A stretch of 64,000 nucleotides of DNA from Longimicrobiales bacterium (GCA_965204735.1 OZ242008.1:1568001-1632000); one strand, 5' to 3'. Positions 38,598 through 48,386 are shown, counted from the stretch's first letter. Notes: generated from the letters alone by a model not told the origin. Numbers and translations are program-made.

Positions 38598-39821
38598 GAA
38601 CGAAGCCGGTCGGAGCGCTGGACCGTTCTCGCGCTCCTCGCTCTGGCGGAGCTCCTCGGCATGTCGCTCTGGTTCACCGCGTCGGCGGTGTCGGCGGAGC
38701 TGGGCGCGCACTGGGAGCTCTCGCAGACCCAGGTCGGGTGGCTCGCGACTGCCGTGAACCTCGGGTTCGTGGCCGGAACCGCCGTGGCTGCCGTGCTCAA
38801 CTTGGCCGACGTCGTCCGCTCCCGGGTCTACTTCGCCTGGTCCGCCGTGCTCGCCGCCGGCGCCAACGCCGCGCTGCTGCTCGCGCCTGGGTTCGGCGAG
38901 GCGGCGGCGTGCCGGTTCGCGACTGGCTTCCTCCTGGCCGGCGTCTACCCGCCGGCGATCAAGATGGCCGCCACTTGGTTCCGTTCGGCCCGGGGTCTGG
39001 CGGTCGGAACGCTGGTGGGCGCCCTGACCGTGGGGAAGGCCGCCCCGTACCTGCTCGACGCGCTGCCCGCCGCCGGCCCCGAGACGGTGGTGCTGGGAGC
39101 ATCCGTCGCCGCACTCGTCGCCGCCGGGCTCGTCGGGCTCCTCTACCGCGACGGGCCGTACCGGTTCTCCCGCAGCCCCTTCTCGTGGGGCCTGGTGGGC
39201 AAGGTCGCGCGCCATCGGGAGACTCGCCTGGCCACCGCGGGCTACCTGGGCCACATGTGGGAGCTCTACGCCATGTGGGCTTGGGTCCCGGCGTTCCTGG
39301 CGGCTTCGGCGGAAGCCTCGGCGTCGTCGGCCGGCGGCCCGTCGGCCGTCCACGGAAGCGTCGCGGCCAAGCTGGCCGGGTTCGCCGCCGTCGCCGCCGG
39401 CGGGTTGGGATGCGTCTGGGGCGGATGGGCTGCCGACCGCACCAGCCGGGCACGGGTGGTCGTGGCGTCGATGGCGGTCAGCGGCCTCTGTTCGCTGGGG
39501 ATCGGCCTGCTCTTCGGGCGGGCGTTCCCGCTGGTGGCCGCGGTCGCGGTGGCGTGGGGCTTCTTCGTCGTGGCCGACTCGGCGCAGTTCAGCACGATGG
39601 TGACCGAAACGGCGCCACACGACGCGGTGGGCACGGCGGTCACGCTCCAGACCTGCCTGGGGTTCCTCCTGGCCACCGTCACTATCCAGATCGTGCCGGT
39701 CGTCGCCGAGATCGTAGGATGGAGGTGGGCGTTTCCGGTGCTCGCGCTAGGCCCGGCCGCCGGAATCGCCGCGATCAGGCGGCTTGCCGGCGCTCCCGTC
39801 GCACCGCCGACCGGGACATGA
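38574..39821 (+). CDS. MFS transporter
   Basis: About 12 hydrophobic segments; LLGMSLWF, GVYPPAIK, GYLGHMWELYAMW, ADSAQFS. Confidence 0.9.
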   Translation: MKNLPKRQERSRSERWTVLALLALAELLGMSLWFTASAVSAELGAHWELSQTQVGWLATAVNLGFVAGTAVAAVLNLADVVRSRVYFAWSAVLAAGANAALLLAPGFGEAAACRFATGFLLAGVYPPAIKMAATWFRSARGLAVGTLVGALTVGKAAPYLLDALPAAGPETVVLGASVAALVAAGLVGLLYRDGPYRFSRSPFSWGLVGKVARHRETRLATAGYLGHMWELYAMWAWVPAFLAASAEASASSAGGPSAVHGSVAAKLAGFAAVAAGGLGCVWGGWAADRTSRARVVVASMAVSGLCSLGIGLLFGRAFPLVAAVAVAWGFFVVADSAQFSTMVTETAPHDAVGTAVTLQTCLGFLLATVTIQIVPVVAEIVGWRWAFPVLALGPAAGIAAIRRLAGAPVAPPTGT

Positions 39822-39835
39822 AGCCGGGCAGCAGG
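39759..39835 (-). pseudogene. Internally deleted remnant of the ykvI-like gene (3' end fused to 5' end)
   Basis: 39759-39805 is identical to 41563-41609; 39802-39835 matches 42614-42647 with 3 mismatches. Confidence 0.75.
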
Positions 39836-40000
39836 AACCGGTGCCGCCAGCCTTCCAGAGCACTCCCGGCGGGGCCGGTTGCGTCTTCCCCTACGGGACG
39901 ACGTGGACACCTGCGGCGTGCGGCCACTTGTGGCCGGCGGAGGTGCGGCTATGTTTCTCCCCGCCCCCATTGTCCAACCTCCCAAACCCACGGAGGGAAG

Positions 40001-40522
40001 ATGACGTACATCATAGGCCAGGGGTCCTGCGAGGACCCGAGGTCGCTCGACCTGCAGACCCAGAGAAAGTGGAGGATTCCAAACGAGCTCCGGCCGGAAC
40101 TGCCGCTCGCCGCAAGAATGGAGGCCATCAAAATCGTCACCGAGAAGTATCCTTCGGCTCGTGCGCTCTCCAGTAGCGGCCAATACAACTGCGCAGGCTT
40201 GGTCTTCGGTTCCAGGCGTGTCGCAATTGATGTCGAGCACGCCGAAAAGATACTGCGCGACGACGGGTATGCTGAGCTGGACTGGTTTGACCGGGGCACA
40301 TGGGACACAGGCGATGTGGTCGTGTACCGAGACGCGAAGCGCGAGCTGTCCCATGTCGCTGTGGTTCATTCTGTAACGCCGGACCCTGTTGCAAGGAGCC
40401 ACACGGTTACTGTAGTAAGCGCTTGGGGACAGAGCGGCGAGTACTGCCACGAAATGGGAAACGTCTCACCACTGCTGGGAACACCCCGGCAGGTCTGGTC
40501 GAAGAGGTTGATCCGTGATTGA
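40001..40522 (+). CDS. Hypothetical protein, papain/NlpC-like Cys-His peptidase fold candidate
   Basis: GGAGG upstream of ATG; YNCAGLVF...GDVVVY...SHVAVV...SAWG...H; lower GC than the flanks. Confidence 0.7.
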   Translation: MTYIIGQGSCEDPRSLDLQTQRKWRIPNELRPELPLAARMEAIKIVTEKYPSARALSSSGQYNCAGLVFGSRRVAIDVEHAEKILRDDGYAELDWFDRGTWDTGDVVVYRDAKRELSHVAVVHSVTPDPVARSHTVTVVSAWGQSGEYCHEMGNVSPLLGTPRQVWSKRLIRD

Positions 40523-41078
40523 CTCCACGTTGCTGGCCAACATCGAGAGCTCGGAAAAGGCAGTTGCCTGGGGCGTGGTTGGGTCTAGGCGCAAACTAGA
40601 TGCCGCTGTTCTGACCGACTCCGACGTAAGGGAGCTCTTGAACGCACTTCGTGATCAGCCAGCCGCCCGGCGACAGCTTGTCACTAGGATCGGGAGCTTG
40701 GCGACCATAGGCGGCAGCCCCGAGTACCTTCACCGATACGACCTCGCAATCTTTGCGTATCTGCGCGCACTTGACGTCTTGGATCCCGACCTCGCTGCCG
40801 TAGCAGCGCTTAGGGTGGCAACGTTGAGCAATGTCTGGTGGTCTCGACCCCTTGCGTTACGTATTCGCGTGCCGTCGCACACTCATTCGCCAGACGCGGC
40901 CAACATGAACGAAATCCATGGGGTGCCCCCTGTCGGATCCACCAAGTGCTCATCCGATGTCGTCAGTACACCAAGTGTTGTCTATCCGGATTCGCTTCCC
41001 ACCCATCAATTGATTGCAGGCGTTGTATACAATAGTGACGCGGAGAGCACTAGCAGCACAATTCAGGCAGATTGCTAA
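40515..41078 (+). CDS. Hypothetical protein
   Basis: GTG overlaps the previous stop; helical N-terminal part and S/T/V-rich C-terminal tail; lower GC. Confidence 0.7.
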   Translation: MIDSTLLANIESSEKAVAWGVVGSRRKLDAAVLTDSDVRELLNALRDQPAARRQLVTRIGSLATIGGSPEYLHRYDLAIFAYLRALDVLDPDLAAVAALRVATLSNVWWSRPLALRIRVPSHTHSPDAANMNEIHGVPPVGSTKCSSDVVSTPSVVYPDSLPTHQLIAGVVYNSDAESTSSTIQADC

Positions 41079-41522
41079 ATGGCGCGTCACTGGTGGTCGA
41101 CTTTTTCCAGCTTTGCCACGATCGATCAAGAGACTAACAATGTATCGGCAATAGACTTGATCGAAATGCTGCGGGTGCCTCCCCCACCCGATACCGACAA
41201 GCCGTTGTCAATAGTGATGCGCAGCGTAGTGGTATCCCTCTGGAGTCGCACGGACTCGAACGTACCGGAGCGCTCGCTTGGTCGGGCGAGATGGATGGAT
41301 GCAACCGGCCAGGAACTAGGAAGCTTTGTCTATGAGATCGACCTCCAGAATCATGAGAGGTCACGAATTCGCTTGAATCTCAACGCGATTCCTATTCGCG
41401 ATACAGGCACCTACCAATGGCAGATATCATGCGCTCACATAGATGCGCCTGATGAGTGGCAAGTTGTCGCTTGTCTGCCAGTGCAAGTGGTCTTTGACGA
41501 CCAAGCAGAGATCGCAACGTAG
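41079..41522 (+). CDS. Hypothetical beta-rich protein (DUF6941-like)
   Basis: ATG immediately after TAA; ATIDQETNNVSAID...VVVSLW...GTYQWQI pattern. Confidence 0.65.
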   Translation: MARHWWSTFSSFATIDQETNNVSAIDLIEMLRVPPPPDTDKPLSIVMRSVVVSLWSRTDSNVPERSLGRARWMDATGQELGSFVYEIDLQNHERSRIRLNLNAIPIRDTGTYQWQISCAHIDAPDEWQVVACLPVQVVFDDQAEIAT

Positions 41523-41578
41523 ACGACTGGTGGCGAATTGCGGACTTTCGTTCCCGCGATCAGCCGGAATCGCCGCGA

Positions 41579-42670
41579 TCAGGCGGCTTGCCGGCGCTCC
41601 CGTCGCACCAAGTATGCGCCCCACGTCAGGACCGGCACGATGAACACCACCCACCATCCGTACGTGATGTAGCCGTATCCACGGGCGACCAGCGCCGTCA
41701 GTCCGAACTGGGCGATCAGCGCGCCCAGCGTCAGCACGCCCAGGGCCGACGTCGCCCGGAGCCCTGCCGACAGCTCTCGGCCCCGGTCCCCGGCGGCGCG
41801 GGCGATGCGCTCGTTGAGGGCGTGGATCATCCCGGCGCCGGTCTCCACCAACGTGCCGAAGAGCATGACCTGGAACGCGATCTGGAACGGACGGGAACCG
41901 ATCAGCTCCAGCATGTGGTTCACCGGCACTTCCTCGCCGAGAATGCCCGGATGCTCGCCCGCGATCGCCACGAAGAAGAGGAGGGCGGGGACCATCGCGA
42001 TCGGACCGGTCAGCAGGCCGGCGACGAAGGTGTCCCTGCGGCTGCGGTGATGGCGGATCGTGATCAGTACCGCCGGCAGCACGCCCAGGTTGTAGCCCGC
42101 GTAGCGCAGGCCGTCCCAGAGCCAGCTCCCCTCGACCGTCCGGGCGGCGAAGGACTCGCCGATCTGGGGGCCGAAGCGGCTCGCGCACCACACGAAGAAG
42201 ACGAAGTAGACCAGGTACAGCACGCCCGACCAGCTGGAGAACGCCCTCTCGATGACCTCGTTTCCCCCGAAGACCAGGAGACCTACCAGCGCCATGATCC
42301 CCACGACGCCGACCAAGTAGGGGAGCCCGAACGTCTCCTGCAGGATCGACCCCGCCGAAGCGGCGATGACCGCAAGCACCAGCATCATCATCGTGACGTA
42401 CAGGACCTCGAAGAGGAACCACCAGCGACCCAGGAGCAGCTGGAAGAAGCTCCTGTACTCGAACGCCTTGAACGTCCGAGCGAACTCGTAGGCGGCGGTG
42501 CAGACGACGCTCCACACCACCGTGGACACGCCCATCGCCAGCAGCCCGCCGGCGGGCCCGTGGGACAGGAAGTACTCCGCCAGCTCCCTCCCGGTCCCGT
42601 ACCCGCCGGCGATCACCACCGACTGGAACATGAAGCCGGGCAGCAGGTAGCGTCGCATGGCGTTCGTCAC
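41579..42670 (-). CDS. YkvI-family membrane protein
   Basis: FQSVVIAGGYGTGRELAEYF, YAGYN, many hydrophobic segments. Confidence 0.85.
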   Translation of the reverse strand: MTNAMRRYLLPGFMFQSVVIAGGYGTGRELAEYFLSHGPAGGLLAMGVSTVVWSVVCTAAYEFARTFKAFEYRSFFQLLLGRWWFLFEVLYVTMMMLVLAVIAASAGSILQETFGLPYLVGVVGIMALVGLLVFGGNEVIERAFSSWSGVLYLVYFVFFVWCASRFGPQIGESFAARTVEGSWLWDGLRYAGYNLGVLPAVLITIRHHRSRRDTFVAGLLTGPIAMVPALLFFVAIAGEHPGILGEEVPVNHMLELIGSRPFQIAFQVMLFGTLVETGAGMIHALNERIARAAGDRGRELSAGLRATSALGVLTLGALIAQFGLTALVARGYGYITYGWWVVFIVPVLTWGAYLVRRERRQAA

Positions 42671-42791
42671 CGGCTGTCCTCCTTGGGGGGCTGGCGGCGT
42701 CGCGGGGCGGCGAACCGGCCGCGGTCGACGGGAGGCAAGCTACGGAGCGCGTGCGGCCGACGCCACGCCGCCCCCGCCGCCCCTTCGGGCT

Positions 42792-44132
42792 TCAAGACGT
42801 CGACTCGAAGAACAGCCCCTTGGGCACGAAGGCGCTGTGCAGCGCCTCCCGGTCCCCGGCACCCACGCCCGCCCGAGTCGCCGCCTCGCGCCAGCGCGCC
42901 CGCACCACGGCGACGATCCGATCAAGCGCCGCCTCCGCCTCTTCCCGCCCCATCAGGAAGCGAGCCGCGCCGGCGACCAGGTTCTCCCTCCCGGCCCGAC
43001 GGCCCTCGGGGCCGCAGACCATGGACAATTCGCGCTCCATCGAGTAGGCGGGGGAAGGGTTGAGGTCGTAGGCGGGCGCGAGGCGCCACGAGCGCCCTCG
43101 GGCCAGAATCGCATGGTTGCGCGGGTGGTCGTCCAGGTTGGAGACGGCGGCGTTGAAGCACATCCGGGCGAAGAGCTCCTTCAGGTCCTCTGTCGGCTGG
43201 GCGCTGACGCGCCGGAGCTCGTCGGCCAGGGCCAGGTAGGACCAGCGTTCGCGACCCGTCGGCGAATCGTCGCTGCGGAGCAGGGTCAGCGCGCTGGCCA
43301 TGCGGTGTCGAAGCCAGCCCCCTCCCTCGCCGGAGCGCTCCCGGTCGAAGCGGCGCACCAGCAGCACGTCCCGGTTGCCGGCGCGCTCGATCCGACTCTC
43401 CGCCGCCCGAATGCCGCACTCCCGGGCCAGGAGCAGCATCGCATGCTCGGCCCTGGGCTCGTTCCACCGATCCCGCGGGCGGCTGAACTTGGCCAGCCAA
43501 AGGGCGTCGCCGTCCTCGACGACCGCCTTCGGCCGGGCGCCGCCCATCGACGTGCCCTCGTCGAAGATCGCGTGGGCGAGAGTCGCGGCCCGGTCGCTGC
43601 CCGGCTTCCCGTGGTCCGAGCTCGCGCCAGCCCGACACTCGCCGGCCGCACCCGCGCCGACCGCCCGTCCTCCGCCCTCGCCGGCCGCCAGTGCGTCCGC
43701 TGCGGCCTGGAGCGCCGCCAGCGCCACCGGGGCCGCAAACCGAAGACGCGGCGAAGGCGGTTCCACCGAGGGGCCGAACCCAAGGGCGCCGGCCCGGTCG
43801 TCGGGTCCTTCCATCAGGTACTCGAACTCGTCCAGCCGCGCGCGGCCCAGCCGCCGCTCGATCAGCAGCCGTCCCCAGTAGTCGGGCATGGAATCGCGCA
43901 CGGCGCCGAAGAAGCCGCCCATGCGACCCGTCAGGTAAAGGCGGTCCGCCAACCGAAGCTCCACCGGATCGAGTTCGACCGCTTCCGACCTCTCCAGGTA
44001 GCTGCGCCCGTACACGAACTCGCCGCTCGCCGCTCCGCCGGGGCCGCCCCGCAGCCGGAACCGCCCCGCCGTCGTGAACTCCGCGTCGCCCGGCAGCACG
44101 ACGTAGACGTAGCAGCTTCGGTCGGAGGCCAT
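42792..44132 (-). CDS. HipA-family kinase toxin
   Basis: DSMPDYWGR, DRAGALGF, GTSMGGARPKA, LVRRFDR, NLDDHPRNH, LAPAYD. Confidence 0.92.
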   Translation of the reverse strand: MASDRSCYVYVVLPGDAEFTTAGRFRLRGGPGGAASGEFVYGRSYLERSEAVELDPVELRLADRLYLTGRMGGFFGAVRDSMPDYWGRLLIERRLGRARLDEFEYLMEGPDDRAGALGFGPSVEPPSPRLRFAAPVALAALQAAADALAAGEGGGRAVGAGAAGECRAGASSDHGKPGSDRAATLAHAIFDEGTSMGGARPKAVVEDGDALWLAKFSRPRDRWNEPRAEHAMLLLARECGIRAAESRIERAGNRDVLLVRRFDRERSGEGGGWLRHRMASALTLLRSDDSPTGRERWSYLALADELRRVSAQPTEDLKELFARMCFNAAVSNLDDHPRNHAILARGRSWRLAPAYDLNPSPAYSMERELSMVCGPEGRRAGRENLVAGAARFLMGREEAEAALDRIVAVVRARWREAATRAGVGAGDREALHSAFVPKGLFFESTS

Positions 44133-44471
44133 TCAGAAGTCGTTGTCCAGCTGCCCCCGGCGAACTCGCTGGGGCAGGGCCGTCCGCTCCAGCGCCTTGC
44201 CCGCTTCGTCGCGCTCCGGGGCTCCCAGCTCGCAAGCGTGGTCCAGCAGCCCCATGGCCCACAGCGCCGCGAAGTAGGCGGCGGCCGAAGCGCCGGGCTT
44301 GCCGCGCTCCACGTCGGCGACGGTGAAGCGGGAGACGCCCATCCGCTCGGCCAGGTCCTCGAGCCGAAGGCGGCGGCGGAGGCGAGCCGTGCGGATGTTG
44401 CCGCCCAAGGTGCGCAGGGCCTCCTCGACGGCCGCCGGCGGCTGCGTGGTGAGCAAGCTTCGTTTCGACAT
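44133..44471 (-). CDS. XRE/HipB-like HTH antitoxin
   Basis: LGGNIRTARLRR...LAERMGVSRFTVADVERG; abuts the hipA-like gene. Confidence 0.9.
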   Translation of the reverse strand: MSKRSLLTTQPPAAVEEALRTLGGNIRTARLRRRLRLEDLAERMGVSRFTVADVERGKPGASAAAYFAALWAMGLLDHACELGAPERDEAGKALERTALPQRVRRGQLDNDF

Positions 44472-44638
44472 GTGGAATAAATATAGCGCAAAGTTGGATT
44501 GCGTTGATTTTGATCAACAGTTAGGGCTGGGCAGTCAAGGTCCATTGGGGGTGCCGCCCAAGCGGTTCGGGCGGGCCTTGGGACCTTCCCACGCCAGCCC
44601 CAGCCTAGGCGGTGCCGCCAAGCGATTCGGGCGTGCCG

Positions 44639-46507
44639 CTAACGACCCCGCTCCCGCACGCCTCTGGGCGCCACCCGCGCTTCTGCCCGGGCCAGCCCCC
44701 AGTCCACCGTCAGGGCCATGGCGGCCGCCGGAACCGCGCCGGAGAGGATCATCACCGGGTCGGCGAGGGCCAGCCCGGCCACGATCGGGTCGCCCAGTCC
44801 GCCTCCGCCGACGAAGGCGGCCAAGGTGGCGGTTCCCACGTTGATCACCGCGGCCGTGCGCACTCCGGCCATGACCACCGGCGCCGCCAAGGGCAGGCGG
44901 ATGCGCAGCAGCAGCTGCGCTTCGGTCATTCCCAGCGCGCGTCCGGCCTCCACGGCGCCCGGCGCGGCCTCCACGATCCCGGTGTAGGTGTTGCGCAGGA
45001 TCGGCAGGAGCGAGTAGAGGAAGAGCGCGGCCGCGGCGGGCGTCGCGCCGATCCCGAAGAGGGGGATCATGAAGGCGAGCAGCGCGATTCCCGGGATCGT
45101 CTGAAGAAGGCCGGCGGCTCGAATCGCGCTTTCGGCGAAGGAACGCCGGCGCTCCAGCGCCACGCCGGCGGGAAGTGCGACCAGCGCTGCCGCTCCCAGG
45201 GAGACGAGGACCAGGAGCAGGTGGCGAGCCGCCTGTCTGCCCAGCTCCGCCCGATGGCTCCACATGTGGGCGGGCAACGCGCTCACGGAGCGGGAGGGGC
45301 GGGGGACCGTCGGGCGGGAGGTCTCGGGGTCGGCGCCGCTTCGCGCGTCCGGGCCGGCGTTGCCGGCGAGGTCGCCGTCGGGAGCCGAGTCCGCGCCGCC
45401 CGTCGCCCCGAGGCCGATCTCGACCAGCAGTTCCCGGGCCGCCTGGGCCGGGGTGGCTCCCGCCAGCTCGACCCTTTCGTTCGCTCGCCGCATGACGGCC
45501 TCGTCGATCCGTCCAGCCAAGCGCGAGAGGAGCAGCGTGGCCTCGGGCCGCTCCTCGTAGAAGCGGCGGCTGGCCAACGGCGCGGCGTCGTAGGGAGGGA
45601 AGAAGCCCAGGTCGTCGGTCATCACCGCCAAGTCGTAGCGGGCCACGGCGCCGTCGGTGGAGTAGGCGTCGATCACGTCCACTTCGCCTTCGGCAAGCGC
45701 TTGGTACTTGACCGCCTGGAGGAGGTTCCGCACGTCCCGAAACTCCATCCCGTCGTAGGCTTCGGTCAGGCCCAGCAGGCCGTCGGCACGACCCGCGAAG
45801 TCGGGCGAGAAGCCCGCGGAGAGCCGGGGAGCGATCCTTGCCAGCCCCGACAGCGTGCGGACTCCCAGGGAGTCGGCCGCGCGGCGGCGCATCGCCACTG
45901 CGTAGTTGTTGGCGAACCCCAGGGGCGGCAGCCAGCGGGCGCCCCAACGGGCCAGGAAGGCGTCGCTGACCCGTCGGAAGACCGCCGCCGATCCGCCGGA
46001 CGAGCTCTCGGCCAGCACGGCCGCCAGCCCCGTCCCCGTGTACTCGGGGTAGACGTCGATCTCGCTTCGGGCGAGCGCCTGCAACGCCACCTCCGTCGTG
46101 CCCAGTCCCAGCCGCCGGTCCACCACGTGTCCCCGAGCCTCCAGCAGCTGGGCGAAGACCTCCGCGAGCACGTAGGACTCGGCGAAGGGCTTGGAGGCGA
46201 CCACGATCGGCCGCGCCTGGGCCGCCGCCATCGAAGGCAGAAGGACCGCGGCGCAGCAGCCGAGCACCACGCGCCAGCCTCGCCTCGGCAGGGCGCCCCG
46301 CCTGGGCGGCTTCCGACGTCGGGGCAGGCCCGTTCGCCCAGGCAAGCCGGAAGACCTCCGCCGGCCGCGCCCCGTCCCCGGTCCACGACGCCGAGTCACG
46401 CCGTCGCCCGCGCCTTCGACACGACGCCGAGTCACGCCGTCGCCCCCGCCTTCGACATGACGCCGAATCACGCCGTCGCCCCCGCCTTCGACACGATGCA
46501 GAATCAC
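44639..46507 (-). CDS. Glycine betaine/osmoprotectant-type ABC transporter, fused substrate-binding protein + permease
   Basis: VASKPFAESYVLAE, YPEYTGTG, LGFANNY, DAYSTDG, FFPPYDA, LQTIPGIALL, EAGRALGMT. Start is one of four repeated GTG sites (46507 to 46399). Confidence 0.9.
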   Translation of the reverse strand: MILHRVEGGGDGVIRRHVEGGGDGVTRRRVEGAGDGVTRRRGPGTGRGRRRSSGLPGRTGLPRRRKPPRRGALPRRGWRVVLGCCAAVLLPSMAAAQARPIVVASKPFAESYVLAEVFAQLLEARGHVVDRRLGLGTTEVALQALARSEIDVYPEYTGTGLAAVLAESSSGGSAAVFRRVSDAFLARWGARWLPPLGFANNYAVAMRRRAADSLGVRTLSGLARIAPRLSAGFSPDFAGRADGLLGLTEAYDGMEFRDVRNLLQAVKYQALAEGEVDVIDAYSTDGAVARYDLAVMTDDLGFFPPYDAAPLASRRFYEERPEATLLLSRLAGRIDEAVMRRANERVELAGATPAQAARELLVEIGLGATGGADSAPDGDLAGNAGPDARSGADPETSRPTVPRPSRSVSALPAHMWSHRAELGRQAARHLLLVLVSLGAAALVALPAGVALERRRSFAESAIRAAGLLQTIPGIALLAFMIPLFGIGATPAAAALFLYSLLPILRNTYTGIVEAAPGAVEAGRALGMTEAQLLLRIRLPLAAPVVMAGVRTAAVINVGTATLAAFVGGGGLGDPIVAGLALADPVMILSGAVPAAAMALTVDWGLARAEARVAPRGVRERGR

Positions 46508-46527
46508 GCCGTCGCCCCCGCCTTCGA
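46385..46527. repeat. 36-bp tandem repeats duplicating the ATPase stop / permease start junction
   Basis: Four copies of TCACGCCGTCGCCC(C/G)CGCCTTCGA. Confidence 0.85.
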
Positions 46528-47253
46528 GAGGAGCTCCGCGGCGTACCCTCGGCCCTGCGCGGCCTCTTGCCGGGCCCGAACGGACAGCTCTGCCGCGGCC
46601 GCCTCCAGCACGATCCGTCCGGCCCGCATGACGGCGATCCGCGTGGCCACCCGCAGCGCCTCCGCCAGGTCGTGGGTCACGAAGACGGCGGTTGCGCCCG
46701 CCGACCGGCGAAGCGCCAGGAACGCCTCCTGGGCGTCGAAGCGGGTGACCGCGTCCAGCGCGCCGAAGGGCTCGTCCATGAGGAGGACGTCGGGATCGGC
46801 GGCGACGGCGCGGGAGATGGCGACCCTCTGCCGCTGCCCTCCCGAGAGCTCCCGGGGGTACCGGTCGCCGAAGATCGCCGGGTCGAGTCCGGCGGCCGCC
46901 AGGGCGTTGCGTCCGCGCTCCTCCGCGTCGTCCATGCCTCGAAGAGACGGGACCAGGGCGGCGTTGGCCAAGCAGGTCCAGTGGGGGATCAGCCCGCCGT
47001 CCTGCTGCACGTAGCCGATGGAGCGGCGGAGGGCCACCGGGTCCAGCGAGGATGCCAGCTCGCCCCGCACCCGCACCTCTCCGGCGTCCAGCGCCGTCAG
47101 CCCGTTGATCGTGCGCAGCAGGGTGGTCTTCCCCGAGCCGCTCTCGCCCACCAGGGCCATGCAGCTGCCGGCGTCCACGCGCAAGCTGGCGCCGTCCAGC
47201 GCGGTGGCGTCGCCGTAGCGCTTGACCGCGCCGTCGATCTTGATCAGGGCCAC
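46504..47253 (-). CDS. Osmoprotectant-type ABC transporter ATP-binding protein
   Basis: GESGSGKTT, IGYVQQDGGLIPHWT, LSGGQRQRV, MDEPFGALD, FVTHD. Confidence 0.92.
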   Translation of the reverse strand: MALIKIDGAVKRYGDATALDGASLRVDAGSCMALVGESGSGKTTLLRTINGLTALDAGEVRVRGELASSLDPVALRRSIGYVQQDGGLIPHWTCLANAALVPSLRGMDDAEERGRNALAAAGLDPAIFGDRYPRELSGGQRQRVAISRAVAADPDVLLMDEPFGALDAVTRFDAQEAFLALRRSAGATAVFVTHDLAEALRVATRIAVMRAGRIVLEAAAAELSVRARQEAAQGRGYAAELLSKAGATA

Positions 47254-48386
47254 GGCGCGCCCTCCCGCAGGGCCCAGGCCAGCACCTCCGGCTCCACGTT
47301 CCCCCCGGACACCAGGGCCACCACGACATCGCCCGGCTCGACCGCCACCCGCCCATGCATCACCGCGGCCACGGCCGCCGCGCCCGACGGCTCGGCCACC
47401 ACCTTCGCCCGGGTCGCCAGAAGGCGCATGGCCGAGGCGATCTCGTCGTCCGAGACCAACGTCACGTCCTCCACGAACTCCCGCACGTACCGAAAGGTCA
47501 GCTCGCCGGCCATGGGCGCCGCCAAGCCGTCCGCCACGGTGTCCACGGCGTCCAAGCGGACAGCCCGCCCCGCGTCCAGGCTCCTCCGCATCGCCGGGGC
47601 GCCTTCGGGCTCGACGCCGACGACGCGGTGGCCGGAGGTGCCGTCCCCCGTTCCCACGCCGCCGTCCTCCGCTCCCGGTCCGGAATCCCCCGTTCCCGGT
47701 CCGGAATCCCCCGTTCCCGGTCCGGAATCCCCCGTTCCCAGTCCACCGTCCCCCATTCCCAGTCCACCGTCCCCCGCTCCCAGGCCGCCGTCCTCCGTCG
47801 CGGGCCGGCAAGCCGCCAGGGCCCCGGCGATCCCCGCGATCTGGCCGCCGCCGCCCACGGGCACCACCACCACGGCCGGCCCCGGCACCTCCTCGGCCAG
47901 CTCGAGTCCCGTGGAGCCGTGCCCCGCGATCACTTCCTCCGCGTCGAACGGATGGAGGAAGACGAGACCCTCGTCGCGCGCCAGCCGATCGGCCTTGCGG
48001 AAGGCGTCCGCCGCCGTTCCGTGAAGGATCACCTCCGCGCCGTACCCCTGCGCCGCCTCCACCTTGATCGGCGCCGCCGCCTGCGGCATCACGACCACGG
48101 CCCGGACGCCGGCCTTCCCGGCCGCCCACGCCACCGCCTGGGCGTGGTTGCCGGCGGAGACCGTGACCACCCCCCGCGCCCGCTCCTCCGGCGCCAGCGC
48201 GGCCACCGCGTTCAGCGCCCCCCGCACCTTGAACGATCCCGTCTTCTGCAGGTTCTCGCACTTCAGGAAGGCGCGGGTCCCGGTCGCGTCGCCCAACGTG
48301 CGGAACGAGAGCAGGGGGGTGCGGTGCACCAGGGGGACGATCCGACGGCGCGCTTCCTCGTACTCTCGTCGCCCAAGCCAAGCCAT
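47244..48386 (-). CDS. PLP-dependent threonine/serine dehydratase family protein
   Basis: LKCENLQKTGSFKVRGA, SAGNHAQA, VPVGGGG, AEPSGAA, SGGN; GTGDSGP repeat insertion. Confidence 0.92.
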   Translation of the reverse strand: MAWLGRREYEEARRRIVPLVHRTPLLSFRTLGDATGTRAFLKCENLQKTGSFKVRGALNAVAALAPEERARGVVTVSAGNHAQAVAWAAGKAGVRAVVVMPQAAAPIKVEAAQGYGAEVILHGTAADAFRKADRLARDEGLVFLHPFDAEEVIAGHGSTGLELAEEVPGPAVVVVPVGGGGQIAGIAGALAACRPATEDGGLGAGDGGLGMGDGGLGTGDSGPGTGDSGPGTGDSGPGAEDGGVGTGDGTSGHRVVGVEPEGAPAMRRSLDAGRAVRLDAVDTVADGLAAPMAGELTFRYVREFVEDVTLVSDDEIASAMRLLATRAKVVAEPSGAAAVAAVMHGRVAVEPGDVVVALVSGGNVEPEVLAWALREGAPWP

